Part shown: in pieces, positions 19,040 to 29,688 of the stretch | Layout of the letters: every line of letters starts with the position of its first letter | Numbering within the stretch: the first letter of the stretch is position 1 | Virus record (IMG/VR): IMGVR_UViG_3300020577_006271 | Coordinates: 1-64,000 of that record | Source of the DNA: a virus | Taxonomy: Duplodnaviria; Caudoviricetes | Reading direction: 5' to 3' (one strand) | Length of the DNA: 64,000 bases | Program-made: the position numbers and the translations under genes | The notes under the pieces: model-generated | What the model saw: only the letters and a program-made list of their open reading frames with translations | What the model was told of the DNA's origin: nothing | The model's database searches: none

Positions 19040-19361
19040 ACACTAAAATTTTTATTTTACATTTCAACACGGTCAATTCGTCAATGACCCATTGTGTTTC
19101 AATACATCCTGGGTGATGAAATAATACGGCACCATCTACCGAATGTTTTAATTCGTCGAATCCGTTATAATATGCTGATTTAGCATTATGTTCGGCAACA
19201 AACCGTTCACAACAATGATCAATATGAGCTATCGAATTGCTATATAACATAAATGTAGATGCACAGATTAAACTTTCAGGCACAATTGTTTCGATAATAG
19301 TCTTGAATTTATTGTAATTCTTGAACTGATATGGACCATTAATAAATAAATTATACGCCAT
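19002..19361 (-). CDS. Possible degenerate SLOG/YspA-like protein
   Basis: INGPYQFKNY..F start and C-terminal G..T...I pattern. Confidence 0.35.
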   Translation of the reverse strand: MAYNLFINGPYQFKNYNKFKTIIETIVPESLICASTFMLYSNSIAHIDHCCERFVAEHNAKSAYYNGFDELKHSVDGAVLFHHPGCIETQWVIDELTVLKCKIKILVYEDSFGFNPTNN

Positions 19362-20577
19362 TAAGTTCGGTTAAAAATGATTCGATAGTTAAATGCCTTA
19401 ATAACATTTGTTCTACAGTCGACATCGTTGTCTGTGGTTTAAAATTTAAATCCTGTGTTATTTGGATACCGTAATAAGTCTCCACGAATTCCTTAATATC
19501 AGATTTCGATGGATAATCAACTAATAAACGGAAATTAATCCTTCCATCTCGATACAACGCTGGGTCGAAATCTTCAATATGATTTGTTGTAAACATGAAA
19601 ATCACATTGTCGGGAGATACTACACCATCCAATATTTGTAACAGTGTCGAAAACGATATGTTGCTTTTCTTGTTTAAATTGGATCTGGTTTTTGTTGATG
19701 TATAATCATCTATGTCTTCGAATAATAACACTGACGATGACTGCAATCCCTGTATATAATTAATTAATTCAGAATCTGATTTAAATGATCCTAAAGATAT
19801 CAGGTTCAGTTCCATTTTATATCGATGCGCAATAGCTTTAGCAATTGAAGTTTTACCAGTACCTGGTGGACCATATAACGATATTCCAGTTTTATGGTTG
19901 ATACCCATCTGATCGGATTTCCATTTATTATTTCTCCAACCATCCAAATATTCAAGCAAAGATTCTTTGCCCGGAAAATATATTTGATCAAATGTTTTGA
20001 ATTTATAAATGGTGTTAAACACCGATTGTCCATATCCTGGATTATAGGTCCTAAATGGGATTCCAGATGAGCCTATTAATGATGTCTGGTGGCTCTCAAC
20101 TACAGAATTGAAAAGATTAAGAATTGCATTGGCTGCAAATAATCCTGATATATGATATTCATCTGTATATGCATCGTGGCTGTTCGAAGCATGTTCTAGT
20201 TTTGCTCTAATTTTTTCAATCCTGATAAATCTACGATGATACCATATATAGTTTACATCTGAGTCTTGACGATATATCGGTTTAACTAGACGTGGACCGC
20301 CTTCAGTTGGGGAAATTACTACAATTTGCCCAATAGCACGTCGATATTTATTTGGATAACGCTGATTATACCAGTCCGAAAATATGTCATAAGTATCATC
20401 ATCGCGGTTTAAATATATACTGATTTCGTAATATATTAATTTCTTCAGTTGCCGGTAAATCGAGCCAGGGATTGGTTTCAATGTGTAAAAAATGCTGCTC
20501 AGTAACGCTATCACCAGACCGCCTTGTGTAAATTGGTTGTTTTCGACGATAGACTTAATAAATTCTATGTTAATCAT
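19351..20577 (-). CDS. BCS1-like AAA+ ATPase with N-terminal membrane anchor
   Basis: LYGPPGTGKTS, LFEDID, LLQILDG, FTTNH, DPAL.RDGRI. Confidence 0.85.
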   Translation of the reverse strand: MINIEFIKSIVENNQFTQGGLVIALLSSIFYTLKPIPGSIYRQLKKLIYYEISIYLNRDDDTYDIFSDWYNQRYPNKYRRAIGQIVVISPTEGGPRLVKPIYRQDSDVNYIWYHRRFIRIEKIRAKLEHASNSHDAYTDEYHISGLFAANAILNLFNSVVESHQTSLIGSSGIPFRTYNPGYGQSVFNTIYKFKTFDQIYFPGKESLLEYLDGWRNNKWKSDQMGINHKTGISLYGPPGTGKTSIAKAIAHRYKMELNLISLGSFKSDSELINYIQGLQSSSVLLFEDIDDYTSTKTRSNLNKKSNISFSTLLQILDGVVSPDNVIFMFTTNHIEDFDPALYRDGRINFRLLVDYPSKSDIKEFVETYYGIQITQDLNFKPQTTMSTVEQMLLRHLTIESFLTELNGV

Positions 20578-20804
20578 ACTCTAGGTATTCTGTGTTCTCG
20601 TTCTTCAGTTAGATATGCGGCTATTTCCCATAGTTTTCGAGCCTTTGTTGATGCAAATTCTGCAAAATAATCTGGGTCGGAATTTGCAATGCCATTGACA
20701 ATAGCAATAACAACATTTTCTTGAAATGCAAATTTATCTTTTGCTCTTCTTGCCGATAAGTCGATATACTTAGGGGTGCCAACATCTGGAAAATTATAAA
20801 CCAT
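20574..20804 (-). CDS. Hypothetical protein
   Basis: ATGA overlap. Confidence 0.55.
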   Translation of the reverse strand: MVYNFPDVGTPKYIDLSARRAKDKFAFQENVVIAIVNGIANSDPDYFAEFASTKARKLWEIAAYLTEEREHRIPRV

Positions 20805-21297
20805 ACGATTTGAAAATTTTTATTAATTTGTTCGTAAACTCTGTAAGAGTTGTATTATTTGTGATGATAATGTCCGCATCTTCTTTGGTTATATCAAATG
20901 AATCGGATGATTCCAATGGAAGTCGTTCACTTGCGTCTATCCATATTATCAAGTCGAACAATTTTTGTTTTTTACATTCTTCAATTTCAGCATGTGATCT
21001 CATCCCCACATACATGTCAGCCTTAGATAATACTTCTTTTGCAAGTCGTATTTTATCAACGGAATTATACAAGCATATTTCATCATACCATGCTTTCCTG
21101 TTATTCATACGGTCGGCAAAGCACTCGCCTATAGATTTGTATGATTTACCATATTTCGTATTCATTATGTCAAATAAGAAATTTTCTGCAGCACATTCCG
21201 ACGACGATTTAAATGTCAATCCAAAATGCTGATTTAAAATTTCAGCAGCGGTATCCTTTCCATGCCTTGCATGGCCAATAATTAGTAGTTTTTTCAT
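20794..21297 (-). CDS. Deoxynucleoside monophosphate kinase-like P-loop protein
   Basis: IIGHARHGKDT; G.R...E; D..I.N. Confidence 0.75.
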   Translation of the reverse strand: MKKLLIIGHARHGKDTAAEILNQHFGLTFKSSSECAAENFLFDIMNTKYGKSYKSIGECFADRMNNRKAWYDEICLYNSVDKIRLAKEVLSKADMYVGMRSHAEIEECKKQKLFDLIIWIDASERLPLESSDSFDITKEDADIIITNNTTLTEFTNKLIKIFKSYGL

Positions 21298-21309
21298 ATA
21301 AAATTTGTT

Positions 21310-21531
21310 TTATAGTTTACATTTCACGGTTAATACATGGTGTTTGATATCTGGTAATTGGGTATCAAGTTCTTTAGCAAGCTCAACGGCGTATGATTTG
21401 TCGGCGCTGATCCAAGCCTTTGAAAAATCAGCGCCGTAAACGCATGAGATTATATATTCTTCAATTACTTCATCGGTAACAAAAAACCCCTTCATTAAAG
21501 GTGCATAAATGACATATATGGATCGGTTCAT
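21310..21531 (-). CDS. Hypothetical protein
   Basis: ATGA overlap. Confidence 0.55.
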   Translation of the reverse strand: MNRSIYVIYAPLMKGFFVTDEVIEEYIISCVYGADFSKAWISADKSYAVELAKELDTQLPDIKHHVLTVKCKL

Positions 21532-22010
21532 TTTAATAATATATTTAAGATGTTAAAGTCATGAAAATCAAATTCTGTGGGAGTTTCTTTCATATAATAC
21601 GGAATATATTTTAGACATTTGATTCCGTTTGAATTCAATTGTTTGACGGTTTCGTCTCGGTCATCAACATGCAAATCAATCTTTAATCGTTTGCAAATAT
21701 CTAATTTATCTGCGGCAACATGTAATGGCCGATCTGGATATCCATTTTTACTAAGCCATCTACGTCTAGCATTTGCCATTGCCAGTGGCACTGCTGAAAT
21801 ATAACATGCAAAATCGAATTCAATCCGTTCTGGTCCATTTAACATTGGCATCGTTTCCCAAAATTCTTCATCGTTTTCAGTGAAGTGAAACAATAAATTC
21901 AGGCGTTCAACTTCCCATTGATTGTAATATTCAAATGGTAGATTAAATTTCACGCGCATGGCAGCATCGAAATCAGCTAATAGTCCATCTATATCTAAAG
22001 AAACCCGCAT
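21528..22010 (-). CDS. HAD-family 5'(3')-nucleotidase-like protein
   Basis: LDIDGLLADF, K, HVDDR. Confidence 0.8.
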   Translation of the reverse strand: MRVSLDIDGLLADFDAAMRVKFNLPFEYYNQWEVERLNLLFHFTENDEEFWETMPMLNGPERIEFDFACYISAVPLAMANARRRWLSKNGYPDRPLHVAADKLDICKRLKIDLHVDDRDETVKQLNSNGIKCLKYIPYYMKETPTEFDFHDFNILNILLK

Positions 22011-22287
22011 ATCTTGATTTTAATGAGTTATTTTTATTAAACTGTATATTTTATTAACTTAACCAATAAAGTTCAACAGAATTGATATAAACTATGTTAT
22101 TCGTAACGGCTTTTAATAGTGTACAATGCACCATCAGCATTAATGAAATGTACAACGTCTGCTTGGTGTAAACAAAGTTGAATATGTTGTTTGAAATGTT
22201 TACATCTAAGATCTCGGCCTTGTATGGATGAATAATCAGCAATTAAATCCTTTCTGGTTAATGTTATTATCATTATTTATTAATTTG

Positions 22288-22947
22288 CTAATTATTGAAT
22301 CTATCCATAACAGTCTGATCATCCTTAAACAACTCATATAGTCGGTCGAAACTGTTTAAATCATCCACAGTGCAACCTAATATAGTAGCAATGTAACTTG
22401 GAGAATCAGACACAAATTCTTCTTTAATTATCCTAGGCTTAGTTAATTTGGTTCCGGATATACCTAAATCTGTTTTATGGACTAACCAAACTCCAGATGG
22501 TACCCTTATATTTAATTCCAACCATTCATTTGGTGACCCAGAAAACAATTGTTCTTTCGTTTTAGATATAAGCGCTGCCATCATCAATTGATTACGTTTA
22601 GTTCCGGCTGACATTATAAACTCTCCCCATCTCATATCCTGAATGCAGAATATATCTAATCGAAATGGATTATGATCATAGTCAACAAATTCCATTGGCA
22701 TTGTTATTAAATGAAATCCAGAAGATATTTTTACATGATCGGTATAAAGCCACGGGAATTTATTAAAGAATTCTGGTATTGTGCAATTCACGATAACATC
22801 AACATCGCCAGATATGGGAACTTTGCCAAGTGATCCAACTATTTTGTGTGTCAATCCAGCTCCTGCTAACAAATTTGTAACCTTTTCTGCTATAAAAGCC
22901 GAATCTTCTAAGTTAATTGGTCGACAATATAAAATAGATTTACTCAT
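22288..22947 (-). CDS. Pol-beta-fold nucleotidyltransferase
   Basis: VGSLGK...SGDVDV and later RLDIF; likely start MSKSIL at 22947. Confidence 0.7.
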   Translation of the reverse strand: MSKSILYCRPINLEDSAFIAEKVTNLLAGAGLTHKIVGSLGKVPISGDVDVIVNCTIPEFFNKFPWLYTDHVKISSGFHLITMPMEFVDYDHNPFRLDIFCIQDMRWGEFIMSAGTKRNQLMMAALISKTKEQLFSGSPNEWLELNIRVPSGVWLVHKTDLGISGTKLTKPRIIKEEFVSDSPSYIATILGCTVDDLNSFDRLYELFKDDQTVMDRFNN

Positions 22948-23263
22948 ATGCTTTAACTTTGTGATCATATACTTCTGTTCCGTATAAATTACGAACTGCT
23001 GGAACAATTTGGGTCCATTCGATTTTTATTTTAAATTCAGCTATTAACTGATTAATCATATAATCAATTTTTTGCATGAAAATTTCTAATGGATATTTAG
23101 TCATCGAAGCACCAACCTGTTCCATTGGAACCGTTTTACCAGTTTTATGATAAACATAATTCCTGATAAATATAACATCTTGCTGATCGAATTGATTATA
23201 CTTGCGGTTATCTGCTAATATTAGCCGATATTTCAAATAATCTAAAACTTCTTCTCGTTTCAT
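22940..23263 (-). CDS. Hypothetical protein
   Basis: First gene after promoter 23281-23342. Confidence 0.65.
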   Translation of the reverse strand: MKREEVLDYLKYRLILADNRKYNQFDQQDVIFIRNYVYHKTGKTVPMEQVGASMTKYPLEIFMQKIDYMINQLIAEFKIKIEWTQIVPAVRNLYGTEVYDHKVKAYE

Positions 23264-23280
23264 ATTAAATAATTATACCA

Positions 23281-23342
23281 CAAATATACATGAATATTCG
23301 TTATAATGTATAATATTCCAATATTTTAACATTTATTTAACA
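23281..23342 (-). promoter_or_regulatory. Class I promoter: -7 TATATTTG plus box
   Basis: caaatata 23281-23288; TTAACA 23326 and 23337. Confidence 0.75.
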
Positions 23343-23962
23343 GATGTGTATTTATTGAATAGATCCATTATGTTGTCAATGGTCTCAACAATATTTTCCT
23401 TTGATACATTACAAACCAATTGATCTATTTGTTCTCTGACGTTTAAATGCCTGCAAACATCATCGAAAGTTGGCACTTCGAATTGTTTAAATCTTCCAAC
23501 CAATTCCTGTGTGTCCTTTTCAAAGGCAATGGTTACATTCTGTACAGAATAATATGCAGAAGGTGGAATGAGAAAATAATGATATTTATCGGTGTTTGGA
23601 TTATAGCACACGACTCGCAATGTTCCTATTTTCTTATAAGCGTTTTTTACTACGGCCTGGAATCTAGGTATTTTAACTTTTTTGTTAAGTTTACCCTTAA
23701 CAGTGGGGTGGAAATATTTCTCCTGGACTGTCACAGTTTTAACGTCGGTGTCGTCAATTAAATCTCGATGCTCTCCAATTGGACACATACCAATTCCGGA
23801 TTTCCTTGATATAGCCAATTCAGCTAATTGAGTGCCGTTAATAATATTGTCTTTTATCAAAGATTTAATCGTAACTTCAAGCCCCATTTCATGATAAGCT
23901 TTGTCCATAAAAAATTCGATCAACCTATCATTATGATGTTGATTTTTTGCAAGCGTGTGCAT
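23333..23962 (-). CDS. Hypothetical protein, possible PD-(D/E)xK nuclease
   Basis: LAE....RDLIDDTDVKT pattern. Confidence 0.4.
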   Translation of the reverse strand: MHTLAKNQHHNDRLIEFFMDKAYHEMGLEVTIKSLIKDNIINGTQLAELAISRKSGIGMCPIGEHRDLIDDTDVKTVTVQEKYFHPTVKGKLNKKVKIPRFQAVVKNAYKKIGTLRVVCYNPNTDKYHYFLIPPSAYYSVQNVTIAFEKDTQELVGRFKQFEVPTFDDVCRHLNVREQIDQLVCNVSKENIVETIDNIMDLFNKYTSVK

Positions 23963-23966
23963 CCTT

Positions 23967-24251
23967 TTAGTTTAATGTAGTTAAATAATTTTTTGTTTCT
24001 GGATAATTCTCATTGATATATTTATCAATGTCGATATCCAATATCGTAAAACGTATATGATTCATTCTGTCTAAATATTCGAAAACCTGACTTATTGGTG
24101 TTTCAATTAATGAAGATTCAATAATTAAGGTCTCAGAAATTTCAGTCATGAATGAAATGAAATTTTCAAATGTTTCATTTGCTGTGTTTAGTTGATATAT
24201 TTTTGGCGATATCACGCCATTTGGATTAAGTGTATTTATAGAGAAAACCAT
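23967..24251 (-). CDS. Hypothetical protein
   Basis: ORF track. Confidence 0.55.
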   Translation of the reverse strand: MVFSINTLNPNGVISPKIYQLNTANETFENFISFMTEISETLIIESSLIETPISQVFEYLDRMNHIRFTILDIDIDKYINENYPETKNYLTTLN

Positions 24252-24254
24252 CTT

Positions 24255-24905
24255 TTAAAATTTATCATCTAAACAAAATTCATAATCAAATGGACGAGTT
24301 GGTGCCAAATAATTTCTATAAATTTGCGTAAAATGTGTTCCATTCCACTGCGATACTTGCCACATGTGCATATCTGCGTTGACACCGATCATTGGTAAAG
24401 CTATTGGCGTATATGCCTTCAATTGTGTATATTGAATTTTATAAGTATATCCAGTATGAAATAAATCAGTCAAAGGACTTGGATATACCATATATTCATC
24501 AACATATTTGTATTCGGATAAATGATTGAATAATGTGTCGGTTGTATGATCTTTCTTATAAAATACAATATCATTATTACACATCACCTCCTTATCGGCA
24601 TTGGTATATGACACTAATGCATAACTAGGCGAAGTTTTCTTTATTTTAATGGAGTCAACATAAAGATAATTGTAGGCAATATAGACTTTTTTAAGCGGCG
24701 CTGCTACTTTTACATTACTAACGGTTCCAGATTTGGGAAAGAATATGTTTGCTAGCGTAATCCCATACCTAGTACCAACTCGTTTGTCGACATAATTAAT
24801 TGGGTTAACCGCAGCGGATGCACCGTTGGTTGGCATTTCTTCATCCTTTAGACAACCAGAAATACACATGGTTATGATCAAAAACATGATATAAATTTTG
24901 TTCAT
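24255..24905 (-). CDS. Putative lipoprotein
   Basis: MNKIYIMFLIITMCISGC lipobox. Confidence 0.65.
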   Translation of the reverse strand: MNKIYIMFLIITMCISGCLKDEEMPTNGASAAVNPINYVDKRVGTRYGITLANIFFPKSGTVSNVKVAAPLKKVYIAYNYLYVDSIKIKKTSPSYALVSYTNADKEVMCNNDIVFYKKDHTTDTLFNHLSEYKYVDEYMVYPSPLTDLFHTGYTYKIQYTQLKAYTPIALPMIGVNADMHMWQVSQWNGTHFTQIYRNYLAPTRPFDYEFCLDDKF

Positions 24906-24927
24906 TTTAAACTCCTGTTTAAATTAT

Positions 24928-26628
24928 TTATGGATAATAGACATATATTTCTATAGTCGATTTGTTATAATCGTTTTCATCGGACAGCACATTGTCCGAT
25001 AATACATTACTATTATTATACGAGTTAATTACAATTAATTGGTCTTCGTACGAATAATAAGCAGTACTTTTCTCCGACATTGTTGTTGGGTTTCGTACGA
25101 AATTTACAAACGTTTGGCCATGTGGAAATGCATCAGCAGCACTAATTATGTAGATTCCTGTGGAATCACGGTATAAATCTAAGTTTATTCCAAATGTATT
25201 TTCTAGAACTGTCGCTGTGGGCGCATTAGACCCAGACTGACTTAAGAAGGCTCTATATACCCTTGTGCCATTTGTAGTTTTGATTAGGTCATCGGGTAAA
25301 CCATATCCAATGAATTGTTTATACTGGAATATATTATTTTTGGCATTACGCCCGGACGTACAATCTATAAAATCACTGTATAATAAATTGGCCTGGAAAT
25401 TTCCCGATATGGTGTTGCCGCTAAATTGCCCGAATATTCGATTTCGAAAAAATCCATAACTAACATTGTTGTTGAAAAAGAGAGTCGCTATTAAATTTTG
25501 GCTAAAGTCACTGCCTATAACATTTTGAACAAATGATGCACTACTTTTGGTCAATTCATTTAACCGAAACGTGGCACCAATAATATTATATATAAAAATA
25601 TCACACATTACAGAATTGCTATCAAAGTTGGTGCCTATACTATTGAAACTAAAGCTAGCTCCAGAAATATTACAATTGTTTATTGGTCCGCAACTATTTT
25701 TACGAAACTCACTCTGTATTACAGTTCTATATAAAGAATATAATGTATTATCCTTGAAGGATCCGTAAATTTCAGTTTCATTTAGTTGGGTAACAGTGGT
25801 ATTATATAGCATATCACCAGCAATATAATTATTTTGAATGTCGATGGCGTTTGCAGTACATAACAATCTGTCTTCATACTCAGCAGTTGTGTTAATATTA
25901 CATGCCGTATAAGATTCATCTTCATCATTAATTACCCACCACCCATTAGGTGTCATTCCTGAATAAGTGGCATTATTAAATTCAAACCGTTTCCACCACA
26001 TAGGATCAGTTACTGGATGATTAATGTTATCATCTTTAAGTGAAACAAAAATCCACGTTTGCTGTGTAGCAGTTCCAGATGAACGTTTAACCGCTTCAAA
26101 TTTCGAATAAAGAGTTGCTGCATCCCAATTGGCTTGGGAAATTTTATAACGTCGATATTTACATGTTCTCCAATCAGAACCAATATTATTATTATTAATA
26201 GTGTCAATTCTACGTTTAATATATCCAGTGGTTGCACCTGGAAAATTAGTCTCATCTGTATCTATACTATAATAAATGATATCACCCGGCCATATAGTCG
26301 ATGATGCTATAGGAGATAGTCTATGTTCGTTTACTGGAGTTACTATTAATGGTTCAATATCTCCCACATTTATATCTACTGTACCTGGAATTATATGAGT
26401 TGTTCTATAATCAGTAATAATGTAATTCACTCCTACCACTAATTGACTCGTCTCCACTAAATTAATCAATTCAGCATAAGACACATTAATTGATGGTTTA
26501 GGAAATTTATGTATATTGTTTAGATGGTCTTTAAGTGATAATTGACCATAATCATCAGTATATAATGTTAATTTCCCGGTTGGTGGAGCTGGGATCGTAG
26601 CGTCTGAAATTTTATTAAATATTCTCAT
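24928..26628 (-). CDS. Probable virion fibre/spike protein with Asn-rich beta-helix-like repeats
   Basis: N.IG..F..N repeats; preceded by AACTATTTAT motif. Confidence 0.6.
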   Translation of the reverse strand: MRIFNKISDATIPAPPTGKLTLYTDDYGQLSLKDHLNNIHKFPKPSINVSYAELINLVETSQLVVGVNYIITDYRTTHIIPGTVDINVGDIEPLIVTPVNEHRLSPIASSTIWPGDIIYYSIDTDETNFPGATTGYIKRRIDTINNNNIGSDWRTCKYRRYKISQANWDAATLYSKFEAVKRSSGTATQQTWIFVSLKDDNINHPVTDPMWWKRFEFNNATYSGMTPNGWWVINDEDESYTACNINTTAEYEDRLLCTANAIDIQNNYIAGDMLYNTTVTQLNETEIYGSFKDNTLYSLYRTVIQSEFRKNSCGPINNCNISGASFSFNSIGTNFDSNSVMCDIFIYNIIGATFRLNELTKSSASFVQNVIGSDFSQNLIATLFFNNNVSYGFFRNRIFGQFSGNTISGNFQANLLYSDFIDCTSGRNAKNNIFQYKQFIGYGLPDDLIKTTNGTRVYRAFLSQSGSNAPTATVLENTFGINLDLYRDSTGIYIISAADAFPHGQTFVNFVRNPTTMSEKSTAYYSYEDQLIVINSYNNSNVLSDNVLSDENDYNKSTIEIYVYYP

Positions 26629-26635
26629 AGTTTAT

Positions 26636-26645
26636 ATAAATAGTT
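26636..26645 (-). promoter_or_regulatory. Putative late promoter motif AACTATTTAT
   Basis: Identical copies at 49575, 52022, 57072, 58281, each just upstream of a gene start. Confidence 0.65.
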
Positions 26646-28347
26646 ATCCTTCACACGAAGTACATGTTAATAAATTTCTTCTAAATTCCTGTGAGCCAGA
26701 AGCTGAATGTTGGTAATACAAGGTCTTTATACCTATTTCATGTGCCTTTAACAATAAATTAGATATATCTTTCGGCGGAGTGTTTTTATGAATTCGTAAA
26801 TTTAATGATTGGCTTTGATCAATATATGGTTGTCTATCTGCTGCCATCTGTATAATATCCAATTGTGATATTTCTTCAAAAGTTCTAAACAGTGCACGTT
26901 CATCATCAGATAAAAAATCTAAATGTTGGACAGATCCATTATTTACCAAAATAGATTTCCAAATTTTAGGAGTATTCTTTTCTTTAGATTCTAATAATTC
27001 AATTAAATATGGGTTTTTAACTACCTGTTTAATATTAGCAATATCTTTAAGATAATAGTTTGAAAATATAGGTTCGCATTGTTGTGATACCTGACCTAAA
27101 ATATAAGATGATGTCGTATTTGGCGCCAAAGTAACTTTCATACCATTCCTTCTACCAAATCCCTTCAGCATTTTAGGTTCCCCAAATAATGCTGCTAATT
27201 TTTCACTGGCTCTATCAACTTGATGTCCAAGAGTTAAAAATATTTGTTTATTGATTATGCGTGATTGAAGTTCTCCATAAATCAATTTACGACTTTGTAA
27301 ATACGAATGAAATCCAGTTGCTCCTACTCCTATATCTCTAAAATCAACCGAAGAACGATATGACTTTTCCAAAAATTTAAATTTCAAGTTATCTTCTATA
27401 TTCTTGCTGTCTCGCCATGATTCCAATTGATTCTGAAATATAGTGTGTAATGCATCTAACGCGAAAGTTAATACTTCAACTGCATCTGTGTCTTTCCATT
27501 CATCGTAGTATAATAAATTCATGGCAGCCAAGTCACAAATAAATGAATATGTATCATTTGACACTTCAGTTATCTCAGAGCATAAATTAGATGCATTGAC
27601 AGTTAAATCATATGCTGCATATACATCCGATGCATATTTTTTTGTTTTGTTGTTAAATGGAATATGGTTAACATTATCAGTGAAGAATATGTACGGCATA
27701 CCAGTTTCAATTCTGGATTCTATAAGTTTAGCCCAGACTTTACGATTTTTTGTATTGCCTGCCTTTAAATCATCGATCCATTTATCTGTAATGCAGACGC
27801 CATAATTCATACGTTGAATCAAATCATTATCACGGCCTATCTCCAGCACATCCATAATATCAGAGTGATCAATTGGCCAGTATCCTGCAAAATATCCACG
27901 TCGAAAGCCCTGACTTATCGAATTTGTTATATTTTCAAAGTCTTTAGCAAATGCTTTAGATCCTTGGCTTTTATATTTGTCTTGAATTGATGATCCTTTT
28001 CCCCTAACGTCACCAAAATATCCAGATGTTCCGCCGCCAACTTTTGTTTGCATTCCTACTTCAGCTAAAGCAAACAATATCGAGCCCATGTCATCAGATA
28101 TGTGTGAATTAAAGCAAGAAAATGGAAGTGCATTTTTTCTCCCAATGTTGCTCCAAAAAGGAGAACTTAAAGCATAATATCCACGTTCAAGATATTCTTT
28201 AAATTTCCCCGCAAATCCATTAATACCATTGGCATTTTCTAATTCTGCGCATATAATGCCAATACGTTCTTCTACCGTTTCACCAGGAAGTAAGTAACCG
28301 TCTTCATTATTTAATATCTCTCTTGATAAATCATTAAGCCATCTCAT
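26644..28347 (-). CDS. nrdA: Ribonucleotide reductase alpha subunit (class I, no ATP cone)
   Basis: SCF, GGGTSG, SNLCSE, APNTTSS, KTLYY, C-terminal CTSCEG. Confidence 0.95.
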   Translation of the reverse strand: MRWLNDLSREILNNEDGYLLPGETVEERIGIICAELENANGINGFAGKFKEYLERGYYALSSPFWSNIGRKNALPFSCFNSHISDDMGSILFALAEVGMQTKVGGGTSGYFGDVRGKGSSIQDKYKSQGSKAFAKDFENITNSISQGFRRGYFAGYWPIDHSDIMDVLEIGRDNDLIQRMNYGVCITDKWIDDLKAGNTKNRKVWAKLIESRIETGMPYIFFTDNVNHIPFNNKTKKYASDVYAAYDLTVNASNLCSEITEVSNDTYSFICDLAAMNLLYYDEWKDTDAVEVLTFALDALHTIFQNQLESWRDSKNIEDNLKFKFLEKSYRSSVDFRDIGVGATGFHSYLQSRKLIYGELQSRIINKQIFLTLGHQVDRASEKLAALFGEPKMLKGFGRRNGMKVTLAPNTTSSYILGQVSQQCEPIFSNYYLKDIANIKQVVKNPYLIELLESKEKNTPKIWKSILVNNGSVQHLDFLSDDERALFRTFEEISQLDIIQMAADRQPYIDQSQSLNLRIHKNTPPKDISNLLLKAHEIGIKTLYYQHSASGSQEFRRNLLTCTSCEG

Positions 28348-29311
28348 CAAACAGTTCATTTGGGTCAATTGAAAATTTATTTTTCGAATAATTCGGGGAT
28401 TTTTTATGGAAGAAATCTACATGGATAGTAGCTAAATCTTCAACATTAAACCATTCAGGCAATTTTGTATCATCTACTTCAAACTCTGCGTCTAAATCAA
28501 TTAAAGCTAACGATTGGTTAAACCGATCTTTGATAAAGTTATCAACCAAGTCATAACTTAAAAAATCTAATTTAGAATCTTGTAATATCCATTTAACGAT
28601 ATCCATTTCGGCAACATACGCTTTCTTACATGCACGTATAATTTTTTCTTTAAATTCATCATCTATTAATTCAGGATATTCATTGCGTATTATCTGGAAT
28701 AAATATGCACCCAATGCAGCATGTATATTTTCTTCCTTAGCGGTTTCCATAATCACGTTGTCAATGTCCTTTAACACTTTTTTATGCTTGTTAAAAGATT
28801 TCACTATAAAAAATTGACTAAATAAGGACACGTTCTCAATAAATAACGAAAATAGTGTCAACGTCAATATATACTTTTCCTTAATATTCGATCCGGCGTT
28901 GGATAAATATTTTTGTAAATAATCCACTCTACCTCTAATCTCAGGAACATCCAATATATTCTTATATTCATCATTCATTTTTAATAAATCGATGATCATG
29001 GAATATGCACGTTCATGCCTAACTTCAGATTCAGCAAAGGTAGCACCTACTGAATTAATTTCAGGTTTCGGAAAATGTTGGTGTAAATTACCCCAAAAAG
29101 TTTTCACAGCAACTTCGATTTGAGCGATTGCGAGTAGGGAACGTTTAACGATTTCTCTCTCTGAGTCAGAAAGTTTATTTTGGAAATCCTGCACGTCGGT
29201 TTTGAAGTCCCACTTAGTGTGGAACCACATTGTACTATTTATTGCATCAACGAAATCAAGAAGCTCTGGATACTCATAGGGCTTAAGCTCTACTCGTTTA
29301 TCAAAGATCAT
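28334..29311 (-). CDS. nrdB: Ribonucleotide reductase beta subunit
   Basis: IEVAVK, ESEVRH..AY, IENVSLFSQF, EENIH, DFF...S.NY. Confidence 0.95.
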   Translation of the reverse strand: MIFDKRVELKPYEYPELLDFVDAINSTMWFHTKWDFKTDVQDFQNKLSDSEREIVKRSLLAIAQIEVAVKTFWGNLHQHFPKPEINSVGATFAESEVRHERAYSMIIDLLKMNDEYKNILDVPEIRGRVDYLQKYLSNAGSNIKEKYILTLTLFSLFIENVSLFSQFFIVKSFNKHKKVLKDIDNVIMETAKEENIHAALGAYLFQIIRNEYPELIDDEFKEKIIRACKKAYVAEMDIVKWILQDSKLDFLSYDLVDNFIKDRFNQSLALIDLDAEFEVDDTKLPEWFNVEDLATIHVDFFHKKSPNYSKNKFSIDPNELFDEMA

Positions 29312-29313
29312 AT

Positions 29314-29682
29314 TTATTTTTTAGATTTCGATGCTTTTTTGGTATCTGCTATTGCTGGAGCTGGTTCAGAGATTAATTCGTCTTCTGGAACTTCAACTTC
29401 TTCCTTTAGCATTTCAACTTCGGGACGAACAATTTTTTCCTTTGGTGGCTCGACCATAACTTTGTCTGCCTTTGATTCATCAGGTAAGGCGTTCCAGAAA
29501 TCATTCCAAGATGCTTTAGTACCAAAACTTTTAAATATTTTGGTTGTCACACTTTTGGTGCCATCTTCTAATTGTAATTGTGTAAATTTATTTGCCGGAT
29601 CTGTTGAGAAATCGATCCCAATGTATTTAGTAAAATATTCTTGATCAGATACTATGTCTGTCGTCTGTAAGATGTTGAACAT
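29314..29682 (-). CDS. Hypothetical protein with charged low-complexity tail
   Basis: ORF track. Confidence 0.6.
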   Translation of the reverse strand: MFNILQTTDIVSDQEYFTKYIGIDFSTDPANKFTQLQLEDGTKSVTTKIFKSFGTKASWNDFWNALPDESKADKVMVEPPKEKIVRPEVEMLKEEVEVPEDELISEPAPAIADTKKASKSKK

Positions 29683-29688
29683 AAATTA

